Below, one piece after another: positions 1-11,601 of a stretch of DNA of 58,286 bases. The DNA lies in assembly GCA_010909165.1 (NCBI GenBank), contig VJWM01000331.1, positions 1 through 58,286 of the forward strand, in the 5' to 3' direction. Under the pieces are notes generated by a model. That model saw only the letters and a program-made list of their open reading frames with translations. It had not been told where the DNA came from and did not search any database. Position numbers and translations under genes: made by a program. Position 1 is the first letter of the stretch; each line of letters opens with the position of its first letter. This DNA is from Anthoceros angustus. Lineage: Eukaryota; Plantae; Anthocerotophyta.

Positions 1-299
1 TTTCGGTCCTTCTCCGTCGCTCGGATCTAGTGGTGACCTTGGCCACCAGCAACCCTTCTTCCTCACTCATTTCTCCCTCATATCCTTCTTCCACAATCCC
101 AGTACACATTGTCTCCATCCGGAAGATCAATGCCCACCTTCAAAGCTTGAAGTCACGGTGATAGCGTTTGGGGTTGGAAGGTGCTCCATTGTAGGCTCGT
201 GAACCTCACTCTGGACGTGTCGGCACTACTCGTGGCACCCCCGAACACCTCGGATCTCAGCCTTGTGTCCCAATTCTTTGCACACTTGAGAAAGGTACA

Positions 300-2130
300 T
301 ACCCCATTTGTCTCTTTGGTTACGGGCAATCATTGGAATAGTGACAGTGCTCCACAATTGTAACAACATCCGGTGGAATCGCTGTTGGTCGTGAGATGGT
401 TACGGTCTCCATGGACTGGCGAGGTAGGCGAGACCCGTACCTCATGATTGGCGGTCTGCGGTTGGTAGGTTGCCCTCATCGGGGGTCGACCTGTTGATTC
501 GCACTGTAAGCCTCATCCACATACCAATAATCACCGGGCATGGCCGGCTCCACATGATTCACGCATGGCGTGGGGCTCGTATACATTCCGGTTGGTGTGC
601 AGTTCAGGTGACAAATCGAGCAATACACCAAGTCTTGCGGGGAGGCGATCTACGTGTGGCACGATTCTTCACAGCCTTGACTTCCAACTCGTTAATCGCT
701 TGGTCAAGGCTTCAACGACCCAATTCCTCCTCCTGCGGGCGTTTCTCCCTTCTCCATCCCGCTTTCCCTTTTCTTTCCTTCTCGGCGCGCTCCTCCTCTT
801 GCCTCTTCTTAACCTTCTCTAGATCTTTCCTCATCCGTCGTTCGTAGGCTTTCTCGATTCTTCATCGGATGACGAGTTTTCACCACCCTCTCCTCACTCT
901 CGGAAGATGAAGATGAAGATGAAGAGGGGAGGAAGAAGAAGAAGACAAACTAGATCTCTGGACCCCTTCCTCTTCTTATGACTCCTTCTCTTTTCCTCCT
1001 CTGCCCAACTCGCCGACTCCACTCTTACGCCAAGCGGATTGCTCCACCAAAGTTTTAGTCCCTCGTCGACAATGTACCTCCATTTTCCTTGATAGGCGCT
1101 CACAAACCAATCCAGGCTTGCTTGCTCTGCGAGTAACCCGATGTGGGAGGATTGCCCGGAGTCACAGGTGCACACTTGGGGACTCGATCCAAATATCCAT
1201 AGAACCGTTCAACGTAATCAAACAATGACTCCCGTTTCTTCCTGCGAAGGGTTCTCAACTTTGCCAAGGTGTGGTGGGCATAGCTGAGCCCTCGAAAGCG
1301 ATTCAGAAAGGCAGTCTTCAAAGAATCCCAATCTACGGGCGCACTTGCCCCGTAAGTTCGACTGTACCACTGCTGGGCATGCCCCCTCAGCAGCCCGGGG
1401 AAAATTCGCAATCGGTCAGCCACGGTGTCCTCCAGATTAGCATGAGACACATGCTCAAAAGTGCGCACAAATGCCTCCGCGTCGTCGCCCTTCTTCTTCT
1501 CCCCAAACTTGACATATTGTTGCCGACTGTGAGGTTGAGGCAAACCTCCTCCCCCTCCTGCAGTTCCACTCATGTTACTTGACCTGATTGCACCTGACGA
1601 ATTCAAGTTACCTCCTCCTGTGGCAGGTGCGCCGATCAACCAGCGTTCCCTACGGGATGTCTGGCACAAAGTCTCGAACACGGCCTAGGTGAGGTGTCCC
1701 CTCCGGACGCGTCCACCAAGGTAGTAAGTCGGGCGGTAATCCGGTCAAGACTAGCTGCAAGATCTTCTGACCACACTTGGAATTCTGCACTACTCACATC
1801 GTCCTCCCCTCCCTCTTCTTCCTCTGAAGATGAGCTAGATCCACCACGGCTACGGGGTTCCCAATGTTGAGAAGGCCCAGCTTCCACAAATGAAGCTCTT
1901 AAATTCAACCCGTATCCTCGTTCATGCACCTCTTCTTTTGCGGCACCAATTCTTCCTCGACAACCTCCTTTCTTCGCCATCCGTGACCTCGTCCTCTTCT
2001 TCACTAGCAGCAACCTCCTCCTCTTCTTCGCTCACCACGCCCTTGCAAGCAAGCGCAAAGCGGCTTCTTCCTCAATTGCCCGTGCCTCTTCTTCTCTTGA
2101 ATTGGCTGCGGTTGCAGACTTTCTTCATGT
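300..2130 (-). pseudogene. gag: Gypsy gag remnant (Retrotrans_gag-like core plus CCHC zinc knuckle), frameshifted
   Basis: ORF 1100-1681 (AFVRTFEHVSHAN...AQQWY...DWDSLKTAFLNRF...LRTLRRKKRESLFDYVERF) has a typical gag core. At 326-365 the sequence reads CYNCGAL-HYSNDCP across a 2-nt gap. Confidence 0.85.
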
Positions 2131-2348
2131 AATTCCCTCCTTGCAGCTCGTAGATCTCTAGCGAGGTGGAGCGATCTCCTCAACTCTTATCCCCTTCCTC
2201 CCCGCTTAGACATACGCAACCATCCTCATGACCCTTCAACACACATGTCAATATGGGAAACCCCCGACGTGCCTCCATGGGAGAGTTCACCAACAACAAT
2301 CAACTACGGAGAGATGGGTTTCCCCACCGCGTCATCAAGGCACAAGAT

Positions 2349-2364
2349 CCCGACAGCGGCGCCA
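2349..2364 (-). promoter_or_regulatory. Primer-binding site TGGCGCCGCTGTCGGG (tRNA-Asp-like, Athila-type)
   Basis: Lies just after the LTR terminal CA and 4 T. It resembles the Athila PBS TGGCGCCGTTGCCGGGGA. Confidence 0.8.
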
Positions 2365-2368
2365 AAAA

Positions 2369-5300
2369 TGTGGGAGGAAAACCCCGGGGCTTCCGAGATT
2401 CACCCTCTAGTGGCCACACTTATCCCACTATCGCTAAGTACAATAGGTTTCGTCCCATGAGACTCTTGTTTGTCGGTCACCAGCATCCAAGGCACAAACC
2501 ACACGCCTCTTCACACCCCAAGCTCCCTCACACGAGCAACTTCAACTCACTCCATGCATGCAGCCCACGCCTCACCATGCCACAATCACCGCTTCTAGAC
2601 CTACAACGACACCCTACGACTATAGGTCCACACCCCAGGCGAGGTCGGCCACGCACGTAGGGACCCCCTACGTTGCAACGACTTCACCACCCGTGATCGT
2701 CCACTATTCCTTTCCCATCGCCTTCCCACAATTGGCACACCTCAACCACCAAGAGCGGCCACTCCCGCACGCCCGCTGGGATCACCACTCGGACCTAACG
2801 ACATCCTACGTCAGAGGTCCCACCTGGCGGTAGGTCCACGCTCACGCACGTAGGGACCCCCTACGGGCAGCGACTTCTCCACCCGTGATTTTGAGACCTT
2901 AGCCCAGCTTCCGTCTCGGTTTGGTGCATTTGGGACCCTCCCTTAGGCTCGACTTGGGCCTTCTTCTTACTCCTAATCTCTACCTACTCCTCTACTCAAC
3001 ATTCAGCTCCACATTCTCCTCAACACTCACCTCAACTCAACTCCTCATCCTCCTAATCTAACCTTACTTCAAGCTCAGCCCTAGCTCGCCCTTCAGCTGG
3101 CGCACAGGGTGCGCCTACAAGCCAACAAGTTCTTCCTTGGGCGGTTGCTATGAGTTTGCACAGACGGCGAGAACCTCCGAGTCTTTCCTGTAGTCTACCC
3201 TCAAGCCGAGTTCCTTGGGCATCGCCACACCCAAAGCAAAGCAATTTCGGCAACCATTCACAAGGGAGCAACTGAGGCGCCCGCAGGAGCGAGCTCTCCG
3301 CCAAGCACTCCCCACCGCAAACTCCCTCTCTACGGCCTTTAGCTTTGCGGCACGAACTTCCTTCACAAGGAGCAAAGGACTCGCGAGTTTGGGAGGCGCG
3401 ACCGATAATTTTACTTCACAAGCTCCCTCCTTTTAGGGAGGTCCTCACATACTGACCTCCACAGCCCTCCACAGCCTCCTCACTCCTTATTTTAGTGTAT
3501 CCTATTGTCGACTTTAAGTTCGACATCCAAGCATCTTGGGTAAAATTCTATTCTAGCAAATTCACCTATGTGAGCCTTAATGGCTCTGTCAACATTCCTA
3601 TCAGCTAGTCAACACACCCTCTTGGGTTGACAAGCATTCTGTCCTCCCCTAAAGAAAAGTCTTCCCCCAAGCAATGAGCCCAGCCAGCTACCACCACCTC
3701 TTCAATTACCTCTAGATGCACGCCGGTGATCCTACGGATGTAGGGCCACCCTCTACACCTCCTACGGACGTGGGGTCACTTCTTATGGCCCCTCGCCTCC
3801 ACGCTCTCCCTGCAAGAAGGTCTCCGTGGCGGATCTTGCTCCATGCCTTCCTCTTCCTCCGAGTCATCCTCTACGGCCTTCCATATACCCGGATGTGTTG
3901 GGCTGTCTATGAATGCTGCCTAGCCTGCCTCCTCGCCTCTTCGGCTCCCTAGCAACCAACTTGCCCTTCTTAGGTGCGGCCACCATCTTGTACCTTCAAA
4001 ATAAGCGCACAAACAAGACAAGCTTGGGCGCCCACATCGTTTCCACCTAGTTGTCACCTCGGTGTCTACACACAATTGCGAGATTTCTTCACTCGCCACA
4101 TAAAATCCACCAAAGAGCAACTTCAGCCCTTTTCCACTTACTTCCTCTTCACTCCACAGTCCCACCTAGCTCAAACTTGATGTCCTCACGCCACTCCTTG
4201 TCTTCAAATCCCTCACTTGCAAGGTCCTAGGCACAAAAATTCAGCCTTGCCCTCTTCACGGTTGTGCTTCAAATCCCTTCACACACAACTCCTTATCGCA
4301 CACCTCCTTCTCCTTGCACACACACTGCTCACCAAGTCCTTGCTCTAGCTTTCCTGCATGCACAAGCTCTTCCTTCCTCAGCTCCTAGGTGCACTCCCAC
4401 ATGCAGCACCAAGTCCTTGCTAGCTTTCCGCATGCAGCTCTTCCATTCGAGCTTCCTAGGTGCCACTCCTACACCCCGCTTGCATGGCCACACTACACTA
4501 CCCACCCCATATTTATGGATTATTCCTAATATATCCTATTTATCCACAACCTTGCCTATGCATTCTCTTTAGCAACTTCCTAGGTTTGTACTGCTTGGAA
4601 GCTTGCTTCCCAAGTATCAAGTAAGCTTTCCAAGTATCCAAGTAGTGTCGCACCCACTGCTTGGGAGACCTCACCACTCCTACGGTGGGAGACACTCTCA
4701 TCCTACCTATCTACCTACCTAACTAATGCCCGTAGAGCCCAACCCTACATCCTACCCATGTGGGGCCACCACAGTCACCCTACATACTACCCATCTCTAT
4801 CCCTACTTGTTCCCTACGCCGGTGGGCGGTCGTGAGACACACCGCCCTACCCACATACATACATGTGGGGACCCTGCCCTACCTATGTAGGGTCCCCCTT
4901 GTTACCCTATGTACTACCTTAACTTTGTAGTACTCCTTCTGGAGTGCCATGCCCTCACTACCACCTACACCTTCTCCATTCGTAGGGCCGGCTATACCCT
5001 ACACCTTCTCGCGTCGTGGGTGCACCACCTCCCCTCGTGGGGAGTGCCATGCCTCGTCCTTTGCCACCTACACCTACTCCGTGGGTGCACCACTGACACT
5101 CTCCCAATTAGCTCTCATGCGACTTACGCAAATATAATATAACACCTCACAAAAGGCACCCCATCTCGTCTTGATCCACCCCTAGGACGCTTAACTCGAG
5201 TTCTTACTTCATTGTCCAACACACCAAATTGGCTTGTGCACAACAATCAACAGAATAAAAGCGACTTATTCCCGGTGAACTCCTCACACCTCAACAACAT

Positions 5301-6348
5301 CTCGTATCAACCCTCCTTGCTACCCATTTCTCCTCGCGGCCACCACGGCCTCCCTTCACTTTGACTTGCATTGCCCGCCGTCATGATGCACCCGTTGTGA
5401 TCCCTTCACCATGTTGCGGCCACACCGCAACCCTTCCTATGGTTTGGCCACACCTCCATCTTGCAGCCCATCTACAAATTCAGCCGTGAGTGCTCTACCA
5501 CGGCCTTTCCTAGTTCAACACACACATGCCATCCTCACATCGTGACTCCATTGAGAGCACTTCCATGTGCCTCGGCACCGCCATGGCCTCCTCTTGCAAC
5601 CCTTGTGGCTGCTCACCCTCAACATGAGCTCCTCGCTCCCATCCTTGCGATTCTGCTCCTCTCTCGCATCTTGAGCTCCCAACCTAGAGCCCAGCGGATC
5701 CCACAATTCCACCATTACGGGCACTTGGCCCATCTTCCCGCAGCAACCCTTGCCACACATCTCTACCTAGCAGTCCTCCTTCTTGCAAAATCTCAATATG
5801 AGCACGCCCATGTCTCACTTCTTCCACACATGTGGCAAATTACTTTGCCTTCCTCAAACTTGGTGGTGGTCCCCAATAATCAGGCCTTTGCCTGCAAGCC
5901 TATCAACGGCTATGCGGCAGCAACCTCAAGCTACTTCCTTGGCTTAATTGCCTTCACCCTTTTCCTGGTGGTAGGAGCTACTCCCGGTGGGTCATCAAAA
6001 GCTAGCTGGGCCGCTTACCTACGGTGGTGGGACATTCTCCTACCCATACCTATGGGGTAGGAGTTCTCTCCACTTAGCCTACCGTGGTAGGAGTTTCTCC
6101 TCGGTAGGATACCTCCTACGGTAGGACATCTCCCTCGTTCACATATGTCTCCTACCCTCCTCACTAGAAGGTCATTTGATCCGTTTCTTTTCCCTAAGTA
6201 TCCTCTCGCCTTCGGCATCCTCGACTCCGGCTTCAATCGAACAAAAACATTTCTCGCATGTTTCCACCAAACCATTTCTATCAAAAGAATTCGGACCTGT
6301 TCAAAAACAACTCACTTAAACCAGTTGCCCAAACTTTTGCATTCCACA
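2369..6348 (-). repeat. 5' LTR, variant A (~3980 bp)
   Basis: TG...CA termini. About 450 bp at the 5' end (~5900-6348) and ~1.3 kb at the 3' end (2369-~3675) align to the 5.2-kb LTRs at 35096 and 44334. The middle is unrelated. Confidence 0.85.
5141..5204 (-). other. Degenerate 5S rRNA-derived fragment (box A to box C region) inside LTR variant A
   Basis: Minus strand AGAACTCGAGTTAAGCGTCCTAGGGGTGGATCAAGACGAGATGGGGTGCC versus recalled plant 5S AGAACTCCGCAGTTAAGCGTGCTTGGGCGAGAGTAGTACTAGGATGGGTGACC. By-eye alignment; the box A region is well matched and the rest is weaker. Confidence 0.5.
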
Positions 6349-8311
6349 AGCGGGGAAGGGGAGCCCAGGGAGGAGCAGGACATGGCGGACGCCACTGGAA
6401 CTGAGGTAAGTCTTCCGCACCCCGCTTCGGAAGGAAGGGAGGGGGGCCCCGAGAGGGCCATAGAAGGAGAAGTCCTGGAGGACTTGGGACGACGTGGAGG
6501 TCCGGTGGGAGCGGATGGACCCCCGAGGAGTCCGCAGGGAGAAGAAGCCCAGGACCGAGTGGGACTCCGAAATAAGGCCGGACCACGAGGTCGGACCCCA
6601 GTCCGGACCCCAGTGAGACCGGACCCCGAGTGGACTCGAAAATAAGGCGGACCACGAGGTCGGACTCCGGAAATAAGTCCGACCCACGAGAGGCGCGGAA
6701 TCAGGCCCGGACCCCAGGGTCCCAGTCGAGAGCAAGGGAAAGTCCTCACCGACCTGCTCAGGAGGGGCAACCTCCTAGGGGGCCCGCAGAACGGGGGCCC
6801 ACCAGCGAGGAAGGTGAGGAGGATTTGGTGGTGACCGCCGTGAACATGCTATTCAGTGAAGGGGGTGAATATTCGAACCCCCTTCTGGTTGAACGAAACC
6901 TCCTTCACTAATAACACATGGTTCCAAAAACCGTGTTTTTTCGGATTTCCAGGTGTCCCATACCATGGACAATGATTCCTATTGAATCGCGGTTGTGAAA
7001 CAACAAAACCGGAAGGAAGGGTCAAGGCGGCGGCGCGGCGTTTGTCAAAGTAGTTTGTTTTTGTCGATGATCCATTTCCACCTTGACAAAAGGCCTAAGT
7101 AATAACACAAACTAGGTATGGTGCGTGACTCCAAGCGGTTGGAGACCATCCTGGAGGTTCCAAAATTGACCACTACTTACGGACAATAGTTCACAACTAC
7201 AAAGCGTCTACGTCACGGGCTAACTTGTGACTCAACGGTGCTTGTGACACGAATCATAAACTACCAAGTTCCGTATCCGCTCAAGTTCTTCCTCATCGAA
7301 AGTGTCGACTTCAACCAAAGCCCTCGAGTCCTCGTTCCCATCATGTCTTCATCATTACCATCGGTGCCAAACGTTCTCGAGTGTTTGTTGGCCAGCCTCA
7401 ACAAATCGCCGATCTGCTCTTATTCGGGCACTCAAAACCACTTGTGCTTTCAAGGAGTCCTTCTCGTAATGCAAACCTCCTTTGCCCAGCGTGCAAGTCC
7501 TCTCCGGTGGGCTTCAAAATTCAACTCTTCAAGCTGCATCGGAGCACCTCAATCCATGAATTCTTTGTGAATATAACTGCACATCTCAAGTCACCTCGAT
7601 GGCGATACAACTCCTTCACGCAAAGTAACGCGCCAATAAGTTGTGCGCTCCCGGGCATGCATCCAACCCAATCTCCCTCTTTGGAGAAGGTTGTAATAAG
7701 TCTCATCATCAACCCTAGTGGTCTCGGTAAGAGACCACCAACTTGTCATGTGACATGTAAACTTATTTTTGACAAGCATGTCGTGAGCAATATGCGGACC
7801 TTCCATTGTTGAAAGTTCCACATAGCATTTGGTAGCATTGCAATTACTCCTTTGTGCTCCCATCCTTGAGACCCCAATAGTTATGTATTCCACAGTCTCA
7901 AATCCACCTGTCATTGTTCATGTTTGTCTTGTCCCATCTGAGCGACACCAAGCCCCTTTCACGCTCCACTTTCTCATTGATTCTCTAGCTGTGCCTCCTC
8001 CACTCCATGCATCACAATCATCCTCGGTTCATCGCTAGTGGTCTTCTCGGCCAAAGCTTTCCAATTGTTTATCTCGAAAATAAAATCGAAGTCACCTGAG
8101 TTTTGTCGACTTGATGTCTTTCAATTCTGCATCGATCGTTAGTCATTGTGAGAGGCGCCGGCCGGCGGCGCCTCTTTTTCTTCGCGTTGGATTGAAGGCG
8201 CCCTGGCGGCCTGGCTCCTAAATGAGTGAGGCCTGACCAGCGAGCACTTTCATCAAACACATGACCGGGGACAAAGGTGCGGCGCCACCGGCAGGCGCCA
8301 GCATCGATCCG
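6349..8311. repeat. Second copy of the left part of element X (matches ~20485-22412)
   Basis: Colinear similarity throughout, e.g. GGACATGGCGG...GAGGTAAGTCTTCCGCACC, CTTCACTAATAACACATGGTTCCAAAAACCGTG and AGCATCGATCC. Similarity is lost after ~8311. Confidence 0.9.
7300..8150 (-). pseudogene. Beta-class amino (N4C/N6A) DNA methyltransferase-like domain remnant, copy 1
   Basis: Reconstruction across frameshifts gives ...WDKTNMNNDR.GFETVEYITI...RPLGLMMRLITTFSKEGDWV-DACPGAH..LL...EG-CIAIE (7590-7730), resembling the PF01555 QKP...LI...S.EGD.VLD.F.GSGTT..AA...GR..IG.E segment. Confidence 0.7.
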
Positions 8312-8438
8312 GTGGAATTAACCATTTGCACAAGCACAAGCTCAATGCGGCACCACGTAGTAGATAAGCATTGTAAATTTTGTGCGTGAATTTTGTGTTG
8401 AGCCACAAGCTGCCAGCCTACAAGGCCGCACTATTGGA

Positions 8439-8615
8439 GAAATGTGTGATCATACCTTTATGTGTGAAGTGGGTTGATGTGTGTGAAAACAAGATCCTTG
8501 TGATTTAGGCTTTAGGCTCTAGGGTTTAACGTTTGGATTAGGGTTTGGGGTTTAGGGTTTCTTGTTTTTGCACACATCAATCCACTTCATCAATAGAGGT
8601 CTGATCACACATTTC
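8439..8615. repeat. ~59-bp imperfect inverted repeat flanking a degenerate TTTAGGG-rich spacer (MITE-like or hairpin)
   Basis: Left arm GAAATGTGTGATCATACCTTTATGTGTGAAGTGGGTTGATGTGTGTGAAAACAAGATCC; reverse complement of the right arm GAAATGTGTGATCAGACCTCTATTGATGAAGTGGATTGATGTGTGCAAAAACAAGAAACC; spacer TTTAGGCTTTAGGCTCTAGGGTTT...TTAGGGTTTGGGGTTTAGGG. Confidence 0.85.
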
Positions 8616-9343
8616 GTGGACGGGTCTCTTTGGAGTGACAAATCCGAAGCGGTTTCTTCGTTCCTTTTCGTTCCAAGTTGGATAGAAACTTGCACACAAG
8701 GTGAATGCCAAAGGTGCTTTACGTAAAAGTGATGACAAAGAACTAACTCAACTTTATACTTTGTTTAATCATGCCTCACATCAAATTGAACATAACGTAT
8801 CATTCGCCTAGCTAATTGCGTCCACTACGGTTAGCTTTCCTTATTTTTATTTTTTGTTCACCAGTCAAAAGGTTTGTTTGCCTTGATTGATGCAATCATG
8901 ACGAAAATTATCTTTAAAAACTTTAGCAACAAAAATAAATTTCAGATTATTTGCTCAAAAATGTATATAATCTTGTCAGTTGCATTCACTAAAGGTCGAG
9001 GAAAAATAATAGTCCTTGGGCCATGTGGTGCATATATATAAAAAAATGTGATATTGTTACATCCACTCTAATTTCATCTTCTCTACCCTTCATCAAAGGC
9101 CAAGGACAAGTAGTTCTTGGCCTTTGGGCGACATGACTGCAAATAAATTATATATAAGCATGTATCGAGATCAATTGTATACCAAGACATGAGATCGAGA
9201 AAGACTATTGAACATAGGGTATATATGTGTGAGCATCACTCTCATTCATAGTATTGTCCCGAACTAAATTTGCTCCTTGCTAGCAGTTAGTCTCCAATTG
9301 CCTTCTACCGCGAGACATTCTAGTGAAGAGTGGTAAAAACACC

Positions 9344-11347
9344 ATGGCCAACAAAGGATTGATATTATTACTGGCATGCTTGTTCTTTTTTTCTCATGCA
9401 AGTGAAGCATTGGATGGAGCATATAGGAAAGGTTCTACTTTACAAGATGAGACATTGCAATCTGTTCAAACACACAACGTATGTATTTCCTGTAATTTCC
9501 TCAAATTTGTGAATATTTTCAGTTCATTATCCATTTTAGTGCTTATTGCTTGTGTTTTCGTTTTCATTGGTCAACCAAAAACTTTAACGGCTAGATTTAG
9601 TTTCATTAAACGACTCACCTATTTTTATGTTTTGATTAATTCCACTTACGGATGGTTCGACAATCGATTGTGTTAAGATTGAGGACCAACTAACACTACG
9701 AGATCCGCGGTTTAAAGATCATGTGATTCAAGTAAGTGTGCTTCTATATAAATTCGTTCTCATGTCAAATTATGATATATCATGTCTTAAATTTTAAGAT
9801 ATTTTTAATTATAAAATAAGAATAAGTTATCAATTCTTCATGCTAAAGTATTGAATTCTTCACTTACCATGTAGAAACCACCAACATTGACTTACATATC
9901 CAATGAGACACTTCTTAAAGATTTGGATCTGCCAAGACAACTTTATCACCATGAAGTTGGTTCCTGTCCAGAAGGTACTATTCCTGTTCTACGTTCTAAC
10001 AAGGGCCATAACCATAAAAGAAATACAAAGGTACACAAACGAGGAATAGACAATGAAATAAATTACTCTCCACCAGCCAACCATCATGTAAGTACTTGAA
10101 AGTCACCATCTACATGATGGTGAAAGCTAGATGTAGCAATTAATATGCTTTGAAAATAACCAAACACATGTATACATAAGCATGCATGATCGACTAACAA
10201 GTATGAATATAAAATGCAGTACGTCACCGGTGAACTCCCTGGACAGTGGAATGGTGGTGGAGCACGTATTAGCCTTTGGAATCCTGAGCCTAATATGAAT
10301 GTAAGCACAGGTGCTACGTTCTCGCAGATGTGGATTCTTGGATCAAACAAGGATAACCTTAATACAGCTGAAGTAGGATGGATGGTAAGTATCTTCAAGA
10401 GCCTTGTGTATTGATATGAAGCTACCAAGTCTCAAAATAGATTTTTAAACTCAAAATCTATAATACTTTTTTGGTGAAGATTTAAGAGCTAATATGTAAA
10501 ACTTGTTTGTTTATACACAAATAGGTGTCCCCGGTCTCATTTTCGGATGCAGAGCCACATTTATTTATCTATTGGACGGTTAGTGATTTGTATAGAAAAC
10601 ATATTTCATTCACTATCCTTGCACATGTTAATTCAACTTCATGATTAACTTGACTTGTCGGGTGTTGATGCAGTCGGATGGTTATCAAACAACAGGATGT
10701 TACAATCTAGATTGTCCTGGATTTATTCAAACTAGTGCAGCCTATGTTCTTGGTGGTACTTTTGCTGGCAATTATGTCGGCACAAGCTTGTTGTTCGGTA
10801 TCAACAAGGTATAATTGTATCATTTGTATGTTATTTTTGTATTTCATAAAATTTTGAAGAATATTTCTTATATAAATATGTGATAACCGTGAGTTCCAAT
10901 TTTTTTCACGTTGAGTTGATTTGTGATATACAGGTCAATGCTAATGCGGATTTGTGGTTGTACATTGAGTCCATACCTATAGGCTATTGGCCAAACAACA
11001 TTTATACAGAAGGCCTTCTACGTGATGGGCTTGTTACCGAAATACAATGGGGAGGTGAAACAGCAATGACAACTCCACAATCACATGTAGCAATGGGGAA
11101 TGGGCGATTAGGTTCCACAGGCCCAGGACCGGTACCGTGTGGAGTTATAGATGTACCAGCCCATATGGCGGCATTGCACTCTATGGAGTTCGATAAACAT
11201 AATAATCCCCTTCCACGCGATGCCAAAGATTTGATCATGATACAAACAGATCTTGCACAATATGATTCAAAAATCTTCTATGATGTCAAAGGTGGTGATT
11301 GTTTAGCCGGAGGTACTTGGATGTTTTTTGGTGGCCCTGGATATTGA
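9344..11347 (+). CDS. Neprosin-like glutamic peptidase (signal peptide + activation propeptide + neprosin/DUF239 domain), 7 exons, ~400 aa
   Basis: Exons 9344-9478, 9645-9731, 9875-10087, 10220-10384, 10525-10578, 10674-10808 and 10934-11347, all phase 0. Motifs: [71 protein letters not shown]. Both catalytic Glu positions are retained. The intron 1 acceptor reads TTCCA|CTT (G missing). Confidence 0.93.
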
Positions 11348-11398
11348 ACTTGAGAAGGGCCAGCACGTCATCGGCCTTACAAAATTTCATGTCTTTTG

Positions 11399-11601
11399 AT
11401 GTTTTTAACGTTATGAATCTGGTTCAATATTATGAAATAAGTACCACGTAATGTGGTCATACAAGTTCTTTTCTTGAAACTATTTATCGTCAAAAACCTT
11501 CATGTTTTTAACGTTATGATTCTTGTTCAATATTATGAAATAAGTACCACGTAATGTGGTCATACAAGTTCTTTTCTTGAAACTATTTATCGTCAAAAAC
11601 C
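11399..11601. repeat. Tandem duplication, 2 x 103 bp, just downstream of the neprosin stop
   Basis: GTTTTTAACGTTATGA...TATTTATCGTCAAAAACC occurs at 11401 and 11504 with only two visible substitutions. Confidence 0.95.

Larger units (their letters stand above)
1..6348 (-). mobile_element. Ty3/Gypsy LTR retrotransposon (non-chromovirus, Athila/OTA-like), 5' LTR + PBS + gag; runs off the left edge
   Basis: On the minus strand the LTR reads TGTGGAATGC (6348) ... CCTCCCACA (2369), followed by TTTT and a PBS, then gag. Both termini match the direct repeats of the element at 35096-49515. Confidence 0.9.

Noticed and set aside
5141-5204. Functional 5S rRNA gene
   Set aside because: Only ~65 nt, the 5' third is missing and box C is degenerate; at most a derived fragment.
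6361-6400. GGACATGGCGGA(C/T)GC shared with 23765-23785 (EQDMADA vs EEDMADA)
   Set aside because: A 15-nt match in purine/GC-rich low-complexity coding sequence with no extension; treated as chance.
6841-7193. 353-bp TGAAC...GTTCA segment as a solo LTR (also ~20938-21293)
   Set aside because: No TSD, PBS or adjacent PPT in either copy; not called as a feature, only mentioned as a possible boundary.
8500-8560. True telomere or chromosome end
   Set aside because: Short, degenerate and internal, with unique sequence on both sides.
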